Source: a virus (Duplodnaviria > Caudoviricetes). From it: a stretch of DNA of 50,229 bases. This document shows, in pieces, positions 34,201-40,046 of this stretch (position 1 is its first letter; every line of letters starts with the position of its first letter). The notes beneath the pieces were generated by a model. The model was not told where the DNA came from and made no database searches. It saw only the letters and a program-made list of their open reading frames with translations. A program made the position numbers and the translations under genes. The stretch lies in IMG/VR virus record IMGVR_UViG_3300020414_000439, positions 1-50,229 of that record, one strand, 5' to 3'.

Positions 34201-37200
34201 GGAATACCTGTTGATGCAACATAAACGTAATCATCATTGAAGAAAGTATTTTGAATATTAGTCGTATATGGACTAATAGCGTTAAATACAGCAGAATTGT
34301 CAGACTTACCTTTGTTAAGGTCAATAGAAACTAGAATATTACCCTGTGGAGCAACAGCAGGGGCTTGAGGCAATTCGTATTTAAATACTGTAGGACTAGT
34401 TCTGTTCTTAACTAAGAATGTTCCATTGTAAATGATTGGATTTGCACCATAAATTGAAATCTGGTCACCAACCAACAAACCATGATTGTTAGAACAAGTA
34501 ACTTCTGCAATATTACCATCAAAAGTAATAGAAGTAACTTCAATTAATTTTTTGACGTTGTATAACCAAGTTGAAAGATCAGCAGTATTACCAGTACCAC
34601 CTAACTTAGAAATTGATAATTTATCGCCAGGAAGATAGTATGATCCAGTATCAGTAAGAGTCGTTTGTTCGGCATCAACGATACCAACAACTCTCATGAG
34701 AACTTCTCTATCAGTTCCTTTATTGATATAGACACTAAAGTTTGAAGTTACCTCTGTAGCAGAGTCCCAAACTTGAGCAGGTCCACTAACAGTAGCACCA
34801 CGAGTACATTCAATAAACTGGTTTAGGGATTTTTCTTTATATTGTACAACTTCAGTTCCACCAATCAAGAATTGTCCATTTCTTTCTGGCCAACCAATTG
34901 TAGAGTCTACAGTGATAATACTATCAGTGGTAGAAAGAGGTTCTGCTAACTTTGTTTTATAAGGAACTACAAATTTACCCTGAATAGTTTCTTCGGAGAG
35001 AACCAATTCATAAATTTCAGTTTCAGATGTTCTAATAGCAATATAATTTTCTACCAGAGCACTTGCCGCTAAAATATTAGGATCTGCAATATCAGCATCT
35101 TGCTGTAGTAAACCATCTCTAATATTGATAGGATCACCAGATACTAAAACTGCTCTTAAAACAGTATCAATTGACCATGTAGATGCAGAAGGTTTGATAA
35201 TCTGATCTTTAGGGTAAGTTACACTAACTTCTTCACCATAGAGGAGTTTGAACAGATACGAAATACTGAAAGAAGTACCTTTAGAAGTATAGAAATCTCT
35301 TACACTTTTAATTGCATTTCTAACATCAATTTTAGTATAGTCAAGTTCAGGAACATCGGGAAGGAATTGTTCCGTATACTTATCAAGAAGTCGTTTAATA
35401 AAGAGAGCGTCTAGACATTTAACAGGAGTATCTGCAGTTGCTGCCGCTGCAGATGTATTGTTAGAAAATACTGCGTTACCATCTTCGGTATACCTAACAA
35501 TACCACTAGCAGCTCTAGCACAACCCTCGAAAGATGCCTTTGAGTATCCGCTACCTTGCTTATTAATTTTATAACCAGTTACTTCATTCAGACCAATATC
35601 TACAGACGCTCTAGCATTAGGAGGTTCTTGAATAAAAATTTCAGGAGGTTCTGCAGCACTATATCCACTACCAAATGCCGATACATTAATATCAGTAATT
35701 TTACCATTGAAAATAGAGGCAGTTGCAGTTGCTCCACTTCCACCATTTTGACGATTATCTACAATATAAACAGAAGGGACATCATCGTATCCAGATCCTC
35801 CATCAAGAAGATCAATGCCAACAACACGTCCATCTCCATCAACGCGAGTTTGAAGAACTTGAGCGCCAACAGGATCGATAATAGCAATTCTAGGAGTAGT
35901 TTCGTATCCTTGACCTCTATTAAGAATATTGATAGAGGTAACTACACCATTAGTAAGAACTGCTTGGAATGATGCCTTAATGGAGTTATCTCCAGTGGGT
36001 TCGTCAACATAAATTGCAGGAGGTGTGGTATATCCAGATCCACCATCAACAATAGGAACAACGCCTATAACTTGACCGCCACCAATAGTCAGAGTTCCTA
36101 ATTTTGCTCCACCAGGTTGTTTGAACGTGACTCTAGGAGTAAAAGTATATCCACTACCAGAACTAACAACCTCCAGTGAAGATACAGAACCATTCGTGAC
36201 AGTTGCTTTTAATTGTGCAGGAACAGATCCTGCCTTTGTAGGAGCCTCTACGATAACCGCAGGTGGGTTTGTATCGCTATATCCTTTACCACCATGCAGA
36301 AGGGTAGAACTTTTAACTCCATTAACCAGAGTTGCTGCCGAAGCACCAAATCCCGACTCAGAGTTAATAGTTACCTTAGGAGGATACTCAAATCTATAAT
36401 TTGATCCACTAACACTAGTAGAAATAGAAGTTAAATTACCATCATCATTTACACGAGCAAAACCAACTGCATTTGCACCAAAAGAAGGAATAGGTGCTTC
36501 AATTGAGAATAATGCAAGTTTTCGTCCATTCAGAGGAGCAGTTTCAAAAATGAAATAATCTCTATCAATATAAAAATCTTGTTTAGGGATCAACAATTGA
36601 TTATCATAGATTGCAATGAGAAACTCATCTACAATGGGTTCATAAGGAATACCCGATCTTGTCATTTTGAAAGAAGTTTTACCTTCTCCAAAAGAACCAG
36701 AAATATCATCAATCTCAAGGATATTATTTTCAATAAAACCACCAAGATAGAAGATATAAGTTAAATCACTAGAGTCTGCAGGAATTCTAGTTCTAGGAGC
36801 AGTTGTAAATACAATATTAGTTCCACTAACAGTATAATCAACTCCAGGAATTAAGATCTGTCCATAAAGACTAACAATTAAATGCTGAGCTGTTGGTGGT
36901 GCTGCGGGATTACCAGCAGTTCTTAATGGAAAGATCGTAGTTGTTCCATCATATGAATCAATTTGACTCTCGGCAATAGTCCACTTTAATTTTACTTGCT
37001 CATAAGAAATACCAGGACTGAGAGCAATGTTTGGTGCTGATTTTGTACTTTCATAATAAATTACTTCATCACCAATTAAAACAGAACCATTTTTTTCTAC
37101 AAACTGATCAACACTCTCTACAACAATAGATGTTGAAGTTGTAGTAATAGGTTCTACAATTTTCGTACCCCCGTCTAAGATACCGATATCAAGTTTGTCG

Positions 37201-37367
37201 ATATCAAGATATTGAATGAATTCATTAACAATATTTTGTCCCAAGCCCGTCTTTTCTTGAGACCTATAGTAATACTCAATAAATTTATTGAAAAGTGGAT
37301 AGTCTGATCTAATAAAATCGGGACTAAGAGCTTTAACCGATTGCGAGACCTTATTGACGTTACTCAT
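16242..37367 (-). CDS. gp7: Giant baseplate wedge initiator gp7 (7041 aa), multidomain
   Basis: N-terminus PDFIRSDYPLFNKFIEYYY; IKSVRDFYTSKGT..S..YLFKLLYGE; IQDSYYYQDFSYAVKS...W...VHPASFKVFGE; directly follows gp6. Also contains YHYH-like, two LamG-like, helical-repeat and beta-repeat regions. Confidence 0.9.
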   Translation of the reverse strand: MSNVNKVSQSVKALSPDFIRSDYPLFNKFIEYYYRSQEKTGLGQNIVNEFIQYLDIDKLDIGILDGGTKIVEPITTTSTSIVVESVDQFVEKNGSVLIGDEVIYYESTKSAPNIALSPGISYEQVKLKWTIAESQIDSYDGTTTIFPLRTAGNPAAPPTAQHLIVSLYGQILIPGVDYTVSGTNIVFTTAPRTRIPADSSDLTYIFYLGGFIENNILEIDDISGSFGEGKTSFKMTRSGIPYEPIVDEFLIAIYDNQLLIPKQDFYIDRDYFIFETAPLNGRKLALFSIEAPIPSFGANAVGFARVNDDGNLTSISTSVSGSNYRFEYPPKVTINSESGFGASAATLVNGVKSSTLLHGGKGYSDTNPPAVIVEAPTKAGSVPAQLKATVTNGSVSSLEVVSSGSGYTFTPRVTFKQPGGAKLGTLTIGGGQVIGVVPIVDGGSGYTTPPAIYVDEPTGDNSIKASFQAVLTNGVVTSINILNRGQGYETTPRIAIIDPVGAQVLQTRVDGDGRVVGIDLLDGGSGYDDVPSVYIVDNRQNGGSGATATASIFNGKITDINVSAFGSGYSAAEPPEIFIQEPPNARASVDIGLNEVTGYKINKQGSGYSKASFEGCARAASGIVRYTEDGNAVFSNNTSAAAATADTPVKCLDALFIKRLLDKYTEQFLPDVPELDYTKIDVRNAIKSVRDFYTSKGTSFSISYLFKLLYGEEVSVTYPKDQIIKPSASTWSIDTVLRAVLVSGDPINIRDGLLQQDADIADPNILAASALVENYIAIRTSETEIYELVLSEETIQGKFVVPYKTKLAEPLSTTDSIITVDSTIGWPERNGQFLIGGTEVVQYKEKSLNQFIECTRGATVSGPAQVWDSATEVTSNFSVYINKGTDREVLMRVVGIVDAEQTTLTDTGSYYLPGDKLSISKLGGTGNTADLSTWLYNVKKLIEVTSITFDGNIAEVTCSNNHGLLVGDQISIYGANPIIYNGTFLVKNRTSPTVFKYELPQAPAVAPQGNILVSIDLNKGKSDNSAVFNAISPYTTNIQNTFFNDDYVYVASTGIPNYKIGPFPGSALLPGNQRKLNRFPRVSTTISSKNTINPGPIGTWVNGVSIWSYKSSITKTFGSVTSITIDNVGSNYDAASPPTATISGGAGSGATAEVVVNGSLDSIDVTAGGSGYTSSPLVAIVGGGGTGASATAIITKGAVSRILINEGGTGYTSQPQISIVGGGGAGATATAAVRGPIQSINVTNGGASYTSKPSVTLSSGSGAVAQPIVNNGRIISIAIIAAGSGYTTAPEVTIQGVGFGAVAKANIDTDGENAGRVTSIDIINRGIGYVQGTTLINLNSVGEGALFTSNVFQWTYNLQNSTTFDAAQGGVFEGFNNQYGGEYAHLSTPKKLREVLGDGVETLGDGTLQEITDHAVHSPIIGWAFDGNPIYGPYAYQDPTDQQSSIVRLGSSYRVKPSLIFDENTNISPQRTDGPALSDEPAGTFVEDYEYIFNLGELDQYNGRFCKTPEYPEGRYCYFVTIDNSDAGVPVFPYVLGPTFNSVVDSWNLVSDAVQQNIPTGVVRYRDPYENVDIDVERTPNASTNQLTLEDGSLLLFEVEDENRDGVITADETADPDSVLEESPLQLFDYFPAVKFDSKVDIEVETITKFEDASVTGFSIENPGKNYQVDDRLVFDNTDTDGLGVSARISRITGEPISTYNFLNESGVSYGTITTTNPHNMSVGNRIFVDYTPTMNNTNKQYVVRQYKGIEEIVITQTGSGYNSDIPPTLIIDGDGNSGALSAVVNSVGAIERVDIVNSGSGYTKNPRVILSHPQVFKKADYYVSALNNNDNVKVNDVQLLPNKSAYVCGTTKNAAGNKDVAFIAKISATGSKEWEKTLESDDGEDFAEFQRIYADGTNIWVVGINKPNQSAVAAYNPDIILCKYVEAANGLSATLGFQKGYAGISGSTRADEVTSIIKYSDTRFIIGGFTNTNSSNPYDAFIASIDTSGNFAIKRKISSQNLSEKITSMVLAEDNSIYFTMETSATNSSTAINAAFGKCTLGTSVITVDFIKEFSNNGYSFLDTSLAVDEFNEYYVCSTLSLKSDLRRDSFWVGKVDSAGALLWNKRYIAPGREINLAQKSVIDIFGDLNVAFTRVDTTTSQKTIDTVKIKYDGTILSHTTNDFYAGNIEGMQVNGLATDVSGDVYAVGQTSWNRNEFIYTFDSGSTTDTTGHYTLTTQTTTNSVTYADNVAKIYGYDPSGNTATWVNAHQKVTGAQLGTKLDGDWTLEFMLYKNYTGNGTLSQTEHTLVAIGDASGATGGLWLYYDIGTGKLELVVTNNTTTINSSSSPLQSSLSNMFADNTWQFIALRKSGDTFAAYVNGNSVFSSTITNTSFASKDLYIGNIPGRSGSAGTFRSNEQGQFFVENLRLKNRAITPTVPGDVVAYPAAGAFGLAFDWVDDAWFTTNLNQYDYIDYNGYILKTDKNSDAARIGNFTSVASTTGISIKRTAVSPVTGTALSIVSADYTLGAQGLQSLDYNDATTTMAQDTENLTYVPGTWSTRTATVPSPGSQKLKATAVVKDRYYFKVTNTLKIDNIQKLTINQSFNAENNLNLVLRNNLGAQVNAGYIVRYDDTHIYVAINSNAWSDDLNTGQLSFEQFSNTGFGIVGPVSTVKNDISNYTFAQVEDTTPGNFTIDLDDYAAPGSGGTNNLDQFALWKDYNSNDYSIRVDEITGSSPYAVGSVVTLANNQVAFNATKDIMTISNLTNVTKITIVANLSKILKVTAVANTDEVYVVTGSKHYLRDGEMLYIDGNEATGQTSEYNGSFPVDTIVSPIEFTYKLPATASTLPALGTTGSAGVSLFTKSPTLKMYYGHQYVFDVSHGTMVGTNLSFSKDNLYKLEYSFNSIERVGTPGLTGQGLPTPSVKLKVDRGIVTNISYYFDPSRTGADSPVIPGSYLDVVDSPYTGIFDIVATSGGSITRGDDTFKFLLLNEPEGAAEVANSKYSTSSPNAVGSIDSIRVVNSGGFYTRLPVVSSIVSNRKIERVEINDPGTEYAVGVYSGVPITGDGEGGIVEITVADGSDSGGSVIPGQIQKVQVTSFGVGYTTASIDIEAIDGILGPGNTGSGADLNVVIPPFGTGASVFTKGTSVGKIKRLKNNNFGYDYPHDYTLRPEITFPINAQLTSTSILASITVTDPGSGYSQAPEVVITGGGGTGAIAAAEIKNGRLNQIVVKDPGSGYSSEPTIELKSSFNYVVNTDLGLLQFAFPHGITNGAQITLNVVDTGDGTAFPEASGATTLNGTTTYYAIAGSANSLEDDQLKIAISSANAALGDAITFVDGESGRGVGRQQVLTSSFGGAATANVETSTFLEGELVYQGNSLETAVATGYVSTNNGWQVGPRILKIVDYDGTFSLNERITGVISKSSGVISDLKVAKGVLEIGSITKTSGQFTDDVGKPSEIIQKIQDSYYYQDFSYAVKSAVSINDWKDILLKNVHPASFKVFGELNLDEYGSIPNKETTFQITKSVELAREAIVPNIQSFALVQPIYSEFNNTEILFRQKRLTSSENILTSFTNQIDDISDQFDGVKKAFTLKVNNTPVQANANQLMIVLNGVVQNPGTSFTIEQDSIVFAEPPQPDAQVQYVETTINLKDVIELTFTNISGIFPNIGDVMVGSDSNARLTVTKVVGNNVFGFLTEVVAGNLVSFIGGEFVTVGATGFNANFATATAVVSDGLYAFGEEVRNLAGKTARVEEINLAAGAETPLAELRFSIGATTSTIEVIAYNADPNAPAAPVPAGNLIPTKIYQFGSELFRVDTITDNSDSTTLTVTRATGLNNGTVSDSQSSGTPLYGTEINVTTRLLLSKTTGTYQSKPGLFEINQNDFIIGSQSDVVAEVTFVASYVAPNAQIDPTTGLPESSGEFDISDGSSFFGLLFNRIAAQTYPNVVLDDISKSQVNIVDFPTNTTDFDDKFPSTEPISNNVIKYDNASGAFTENEVIRNYKMDYGIGNTLDYAVGETAKSRKLAVKNLKGNGLFNKGQVVRTQDTKAEVIGYNIADKIIYVGKIGRTQANGQDYHSATFTNATLNTYNKKFGTAALALSPGLATHTFVSGTADSITASGGATGTFTAATGTTYDPETGNLVLEIGAHTLTTSNTVLIADDTLTFTCAQDNNTSNKTYPRSTDPASGSARNITAVTATTITVNVGAVPVDEYISFATSTEFGFASGDFTIECWINPLLVSAGERAIFDFRTQETELSPRIYLDGANLKYYNNGSAAISGSTNLSAGTWYHVALSRSGTSTKLFLNGTQEGSTYTDASNYGSTKPVRIGADFDASNDFAGYVDEVRISNNARYTANFTPLNGVFQGDANAKLLVHFDGSYGQTHTEDWSGVENFTKGEDINNEAILATSRLTGAPAGFTGNSQRYIDAADLILANKDFIAKEAVDIMKARFASFSVPKGDVNCEDDVVDILEAVVEDLRNGSNNHVWDAAALYVNRATSPISLYHIESEIPESIYTLQKAQEIVRFVITNLLWDIQGDHGLTQSTDSTITESDYASLTQLTPTNVTYDSSTGIMVLTSNSHGLTARTTHTATNATYTATTGVLQVTINNHGFANGDRIQFADNSLTFTCTSDGNTVSQSYPRADDPASQGWMIISNVTTNTFDVNVGASPTVNYTPTAATYDPGTGALKMTIGDHDLRTSQKFTATNAVYTPASGAMTITVPNHGMFVGDRVLIEPNSMTFTCATDSNATHHTYPRQYAGDAGPDPAFNKWFAITNITTNTFDINVGVSSDTSTHTFVSAKANGIVRSGETIKLTNDALTFTCSQDGGASNHTYPRSSDPANNNVPLPIYNDGVVVNASVSNAAYNPANGEIVITAIGHGLTTSDEIRLENNSLTFSCSKDNNYTNHSYPRPTDPFAGRWLKITAATNNTFTVNVGPSKAEDQYTHTFVSAVPNGIVKRDNTVTVYVGPNRVTYTPTTGTSYNPTTGDMVLQIGTHSLNVNDKIRLGKESLTFTCDQDSNATNKLYPRSILDNKTATNATYNSSTGEFVVTSAGHGLSTGDQVKFVHDSFTFTCTQDSNSAQKTYPRAVAGDGNPDPAYETFLVISAVTTDTFTVNVGASAQGDQYAHTFVSATSNGIKVKRDRAYDSELTISAVGTSTANITNAVYVPSTGVITITSASHGLSTGNRVQIADNSLTYTCAQDNNATQKTYPRTTDPISGKWIDVTVVDSNTFTIQVGPSTNTTSHTFVQATAGALIKQTGAVTLNVGTSSNTTTHTFVSATSGAVVTATQYTHTFVSSATNAITTGGNYTHTFVSAASNGVIRAGDEIYIAPDSLTFTCTLDGNQSQETYPDPDSANLNSLLEITAADTNTFTVNVGASPVRQRYTHTFVSAASNSVSVSNFDSGDCSDVYTTIGNLMDIIIDTLSNANLAVPVDHLASVTKVEPAFEFAGATVDAFSDVDLSIDYVDAANNIFYTNQIDADTQYRFRDAANLIRLNSGAIVDKASFDLLQRYPDLAADMPRNQNGSSTAGTLRCQTDLSLLLNELVKDVEDGGNFHTANVARQYLGANDELIHIRLQVWQSEYAHERLGFYMKQAITGDLDSTNTDKIITGDWGITQDGGGCANVKTAIDTLISTLNEIIAPKGGDYQIGADRLYFNRQYIAEEATGLTTAEFTYTLNNVTYNAFQYPGSSGEVTCQRDLKLILISIISDLQTGGTNSTIRAAELYLDGNQRITSVEGELLATVYAIEQLKQLGEKALNNLLYNNGDSVTGSQYAAQYAGVGNNAGGTPKTGTAYRDSESPSDINAVIYRLRTLVDIVIGILAPGGTPARSAGKQILFNEHYYRAELNSEINVQFGAGSWVYNDFVDELTTNIVHDIMTTDFYKKEDARNITLTSVTGDFSVGETVVSSGGGYALVNEWLEDDSILIIGPYFTSTTWSAAETLTGQTSGATATIATSGVGSAYDWYTEPGNVRTKTTAAGITGLIEGQIAGTNLWTNPEDFSTNWSSSNTTYAANAILAPDGTQTADHIKDNTTAGQHFKFRDFNLTSFETFDSSGVKFDSGSETFDTGSFTDDQTFTLSFFAKAGTRSNLRYEVGLDAGTGNNSQRVFFNVDLDNGAKGSVNILDGSGNAGDIIVNSNNIETLGSISIITTSAMTGTYTSVANTSNVSNGGAGATFNVTIDHANQPNQATITVTNTGSNYAPGDNFTVTGSVLGGADGTNNLTFQVATVTPMDTGVIPYGDGWYRIFTTARFGFGFSTLRQQIYVLNNQATDYTGTGNDGFYVWGAKLNKGALDPYQAVSGETFFSNTEFNIKSRILIRLTEWMSKSLDNTLTSPTAGGNYAYYDNTINTDYAKVSITRMIRYLNGLIQSQLGSTAFNNTIPFYSGISVPAKTYGVRDIAVGVGGGVDATEYVYGLQSDAYAEIKNKVENSATIARIYKRFRIDGAITDGPFVMNEVVTKQGDGSVTGQVYGFHEDATYKYLDVAVTGGTWAITDVLVGATNTTTAQISLIEDRMHIIDLKGGFTTDIPFKGYTSGSNATPDVFYKNTAAVNANTGGTLSVDTDTLTGEFEKTAVVYPDTSRQYIDVSKYEGLDVNVGDRIASSGQIRLGISVITAQNVTYNNFTPGNRLYKVVGGGQVTNVYGIITGVDLANNYIYFTPVQGTFSNGEQVGDYGPSGSLPFPVGYATINTNVTTAGAASALIQNFETVGTLTRYYLSNIVGAFTANDAVIGPNGFKAAIINLVDLKGRVKRSFKGFDGTTTTFKLSINNGTQYLPDPAGHMLIFVNGVLQPPGATNAYTAFSDQIQFTEAPDAGASFVGFYIGKLRQLDDISFEFDSLRQSFNLKRNDVFYSLTLTDGVQSTNILPENNIIVSLNGVIQKPKESFEIVGSRIIFSEIPRVGSTFVAFSYVGSEADVDAAEVVPPIEPGDLLDIQGEVEDRQVAIIESSNSLITFDYLGSVFGRGSEATANVTTGSIESVKVTFGGSGYTSRPAVNASAIQGSGANIRALVGVASIEVSNQGTGYQNPEIVVETSVPDDWTAPDLSQYGEELIDPEIL
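21228..23750 (-). repeat. Eight copies of a ~105-aa protein domain within gp7, nested rather than tandem
   Basis: Motifs Y...TG...H.L, SLTFTC..D.N...YP(R), TFTVNVG and HTFVS (or close variants) each occur 8 times in the translation. Confidence 0.9.
33370..36440 (-). repeat. Two clusters of ~36-40-aa Gly-rich beta repeats (I...GSGYT..P.V.I.GG.G.GA.A.A) in gp7
   Basis: Visible in the translation at about 33370-34010 and 35520-36440; coordinates approximate. Confidence 0.75.
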
Positions 37368-37371
37368 CTAT

Positions 37372-39420
37372 TTAAAAACAGCTTGATGTGTTGAGGGAGC
37401 CAGGATTACTAATGTTTGGAATTTCGATCGTAACGGGGGGTTGATCGAACTCAGTTGGCGTCAAACTATTTAGTGGTATACTGGGAGGTGGAGTAGTACC
37501 GATTGGGGCAACTGTAACTTCAGGGACGACAATATTTAAAATAGTTCCAGGTGTTGTCGCAGGAATTGTTGCATTGTTTGACGGAATAGTAACAACTGGC
37601 AGTTGTAGGTCTCCAGGAAGAAGATCTTCATTAGTAATACTACCAACACCTGTTACAGTGTCAGTGATAGTGATGATAGTATTGTCTGGAATATTACTAC
37701 CTGTACCAATAATATTGACAGGACCGAAGCAAATACGACCAGTATTATAATCAACAGTTCCTGCCGCATTATTTGTATAGACTTTCTTAATACCAGTATT
37801 GTAGAACATTCTCAGGTTGCCAAATCCATCATCTTCAAATTGCTGGTTAATTCCAGGTCGATCGTAAGTCCTGAAAGTTCCAGATAAGATAACAGGTTCT
37901 TTTTTACATTGATTGGCACTACCATCACTACCATCACCATCATTATTACTGGGATTACTATCGTATAAACCAGAACCAATGGAAACACAATATGTGTTAG
38001 TTTGATTGGAAATAGGTGTAATGTATTTGAGAAGTGATGTCTGCACAGAAACGTCACTAACACATTTGTTTGCAAGTGCAATTGCTTTCTGATAACTATT
38101 CAATCTAAACGTAGAATTGAAGTTATTAATCTGAGTTTGTCCTGCCCAATCAACAATAGAATTTTGAATGTCGGTTTTAATTGCAGAGGAATTAGATCCG
38201 CAACCAGTATCGTACTGAGCAAAGACTTTTGTATTGATGTATAGACTATCTGGATCAACTACAACAGGGTCGATAGACGCCATTGCATATTTTCTTAAAA
38301 GATTCTGAACTTCTTTTTTAGTAGCAGCGTTAAGTTCAGAACCAGTTTTTGTTAGGATTGCAATATAGACTTTTCCGTAGATAGGAGGGTTTAAAATATC
38401 TCCACCATATGCAACAACTGCCTGAGCATTCTCATATAGTTTTTTTGTCAAGACAGCATAGTCTTGAGCAGTAACTGCTCTGTTTTGGGAAGAAAGATAT
38501 CTAGGAGCATTATATTTAATAGATTCGATAGTTTCAGCAGCTTCACCTTGCTGAGAGTTATCAATAGTAGTTAAAATTACTGTAGAAGCACTATAGGTTG
38601 CTGAATTACTATCAGTTAGTCTACCAACAAAACTAAAGTTCTTGACCTGATTTGCTTCCGCTCCAGAAGTTACCAAATACTCAAGATCAATAACCTCGCC
38701 GTCTTTTAATGCTCTACCGATACTATCATCACCAAATCTAATTTCATATCTCATGTCCTCACCTTCGTGCATAAAGTACACACGAGTAGTAGAAGTTACC
38801 GATGTAATATTATCAGTTATATTGTAAAGATCAGAGGCAGTAGATGATTCATTAGGTCTGACTCTGACGACTAAAGTAGATGTATCAACGTTTCCAGAAG
38901 GAATTGCATAAACCTGTTTTGCAAACGTATTAACAATGTAAGAATAGTTTAAGATGTTACCTTCATAGATAAGCATCTTATCAAAAACTGCTTGACCTGT
39001 TGTTAAATCAACATTTGTCGTTCTATCACTTAAAATATTCCAAATATAATTACCACCAGTTGCAACAGGTCCTTTTTTCAAAGTTATTGAACTAGGGTAG
39101 ACTCCATTTACTGCAGTAGTCTGTATGGTCAACTTAATACATGCTTTTGCCGCTGTAATAGAGTTGGGAGTATAATTCATCAACTTAGCAATGTTGACGA
39201 CGTTATCCCTGATTGTTGAAGATGGCAAAAATGCCTCATTCATTGCCATATTAGCATTGAACGAGGTATAGTAAGTATTATATGCTAAAAGATCAATAAT
39301 ATAAGACAACGAAGAACCATCAAAATCATAATCCGTGAACTCTTCTCTAGTTCTCAGATAGGATTTGATAGAGGCTTTAATATCCTCAAAATCTAAAGCA
39401 GTTAGGTTATTCGGTTGCAT
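37372..39420 (-). CDS. gp6: Baseplate wedge subunit gp6 (682 aa)
   Basis: LDFEDIKASIKSYLR..EFTDYDFDGS.LS..IDLLAYNTYY; YEIRFGDD; QNRAVTAQDY; GTVDYNTG. Confidence 0.95.
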   Translation of the reverse strand: MQPNNLTALDFEDIKASIKSYLRTREEFTDYDFDGSSLSYIIDLLAYNTYYTSFNANMAMNEAFLPSSTIRDNVVNIAKLMNYTPNSITAAKACIKLTIQTTAVNGVYPSSITLKKGPVATGGNYIWNILSDRTTNVDLTTGQAVFDKMLIYEGNILNYSYIVNTFAKQVYAIPSGNVDTSTLVVRVRPNESSTASDLYNITDNITSVTSTTRVYFMHEGEDMRYEIRFGDDSIGRALKDGEVIDLEYLVTSGAEANQVKNFSFVGRLTDSNSATYSASTVILTTIDNSQQGEAAETIESIKYNAPRYLSSQNRAVTAQDYAVLTKKLYENAQAVVAYGGDILNPPIYGKVYIAILTKTGSELNAATKKEVQNLLRKYAMASIDPVVVDPDSLYINTKVFAQYDTGCGSNSSAIKTDIQNSIVDWAGQTQINNFNSTFRLNSYQKAIALANKCVSDVSVQTSLLKYITPISNQTNTYCVSIGSGLYDSNPSNNDGDGSDGSANQCKKEPVILSGTFRTYDRPGINQQFEDDGFGNLRMFYNTGIKKVYTNNAAGTVDYNTGRICFGPVNIIGTGSNIPDNTIITITDTVTGVGSITNEDLLPGDLQLPVVTIPSNNATIPATTPGTILNIVVPEVTVAPIGTTPPPSIPLNSLTPTEFDQPPVTIEIPNISNPGSLNTSSCF
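37467..37474 (-). promoter_or_regulatory. Possible internal late promoter ACTAAATA for gp7
   Basis: Variant late box inside the gp6 3' end, 100 nt upstream of the gp7 start; could occur by chance. Confidence 0.35.
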
Positions 39421-39839
39421 TATTCAGGTCTCTGTAAAACAAACTCGATTGTTTCAACAATGGGTAACCCAACAATTCGGTACTCAACATAGACATTCAA
39501 CTTATTACCTGCAAAAACAGGAGTTGCCTGAACATTTACGAGTTGCACCCTGGGTTCATACTGATTAATGGTATTTATGATCTCATCCCTAACTGTATCT
39601 GCGGTAAACGCATCTAGGGGTTCAAAAAGTAATTGTCTAACCCTAGAACCAATGTTAGGTTGAAAGGGTTTCTCTCCAGGAGCAGTTAATACTAAATTTT
39701 TAATCGATTGCTTGATAGCATTGTCGTTTTGCACAGCAGAAACATCTTTAGTAAATGGATTCAAGAGCAAATTGATCGATAAATCTTTGAAAGATCTCGA
39801 TTTCTTAAATTCTCTACCAGTGACTTGTTTTAACGCCAT
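39420..39839 (-). CDS. gp25: Baseplate wedge subunit gp25 (139 aa)
   Basis: AIKQSIKNLVLT.PGEKPFQPNIGS...LLFEP...I.QYEPRV. Confidence 0.95.
   Translation of the reverse strand: MALKQVTGREFKKSRSFKDLSINLLLNPFTKDVSAVQNDNAIKQSIKNLVLTAPGEKPFQPNIGSRVRQLLFEPLDAFTADTVRDEIINTINQYEPRVQLVNVQATPVFAGNKLNVYVEYRIVGLPIVETIEFVLQRPE
39572..39579 (-). promoter_or_regulatory. Possible internal late promoter CATAAATA for gp6
   Basis: Late box inside gp25, about 150 nt upstream of the gp6 start. Confidence 0.35.
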
Positions 39840-39985
39840 TTACTCAGTGGTTTATTTTTGCTGGTTTTATTTTTTTGGTGCAAATTGAGATAATAATCGG
39901 ATTTTGGATCAGTAATTAGTACATGAGTACCATGATCTTGCTTCATCATCTCAACATTATGATCTGGGACATGATTTAACCCCAT
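39830..39985 (-). CDS. Small hypothetical protein (51 aa, MGLNHVPDHN...LITDPKSDYYL...; not in the ORF track)
   Basis: Hand translation; strong GGAGG Shine-Dalgarno 5 nt before the ATG; the stop overlaps the gp25 start. Confidence 0.75.
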   Translation of the reverse strand: MGLNHVPDHNVEMMKQDHGTHVLITDPKSDYYLNLHQKNKTSKNKPLSKWR

Positions 39986-39999
39986 AAAATCCTCCAAAC

Positions 40000-40035
40000 A
40001 AAGTTCGTAGAACTTTTTATGGGGTTCTATCCCAA
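40000..40035 (-). promoter_or_regulatory. Candidate 5'-UTR RNA element: H-type pseudoknot with a competing hairpin
   Basis: UGGG A UAGAAC CCCA UAAAAA GUUCUA CGAACUUU; pairings read by eye. Confidence 0.55.
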
Positions 40036-40038
40036 TAA

Positions 40039-40046
40039 TATTTATC
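40039..40046 (-). promoter_or_regulatory. Late promoter GATAAATA
   Basis: Overlaps the stop of the upstream basic ORF and precedes the gp25/gp6 unit. Confidence 0.72.

Noticed and set aside
16242-37367. Giant gp7 as an assembly artefact, or as an intein- or intron-containing gene
   Set aside because: The frame is continuous, the repeat copies are strongly diverged at DNA level, and I saw no intein splice or homing-endonuclease motifs.
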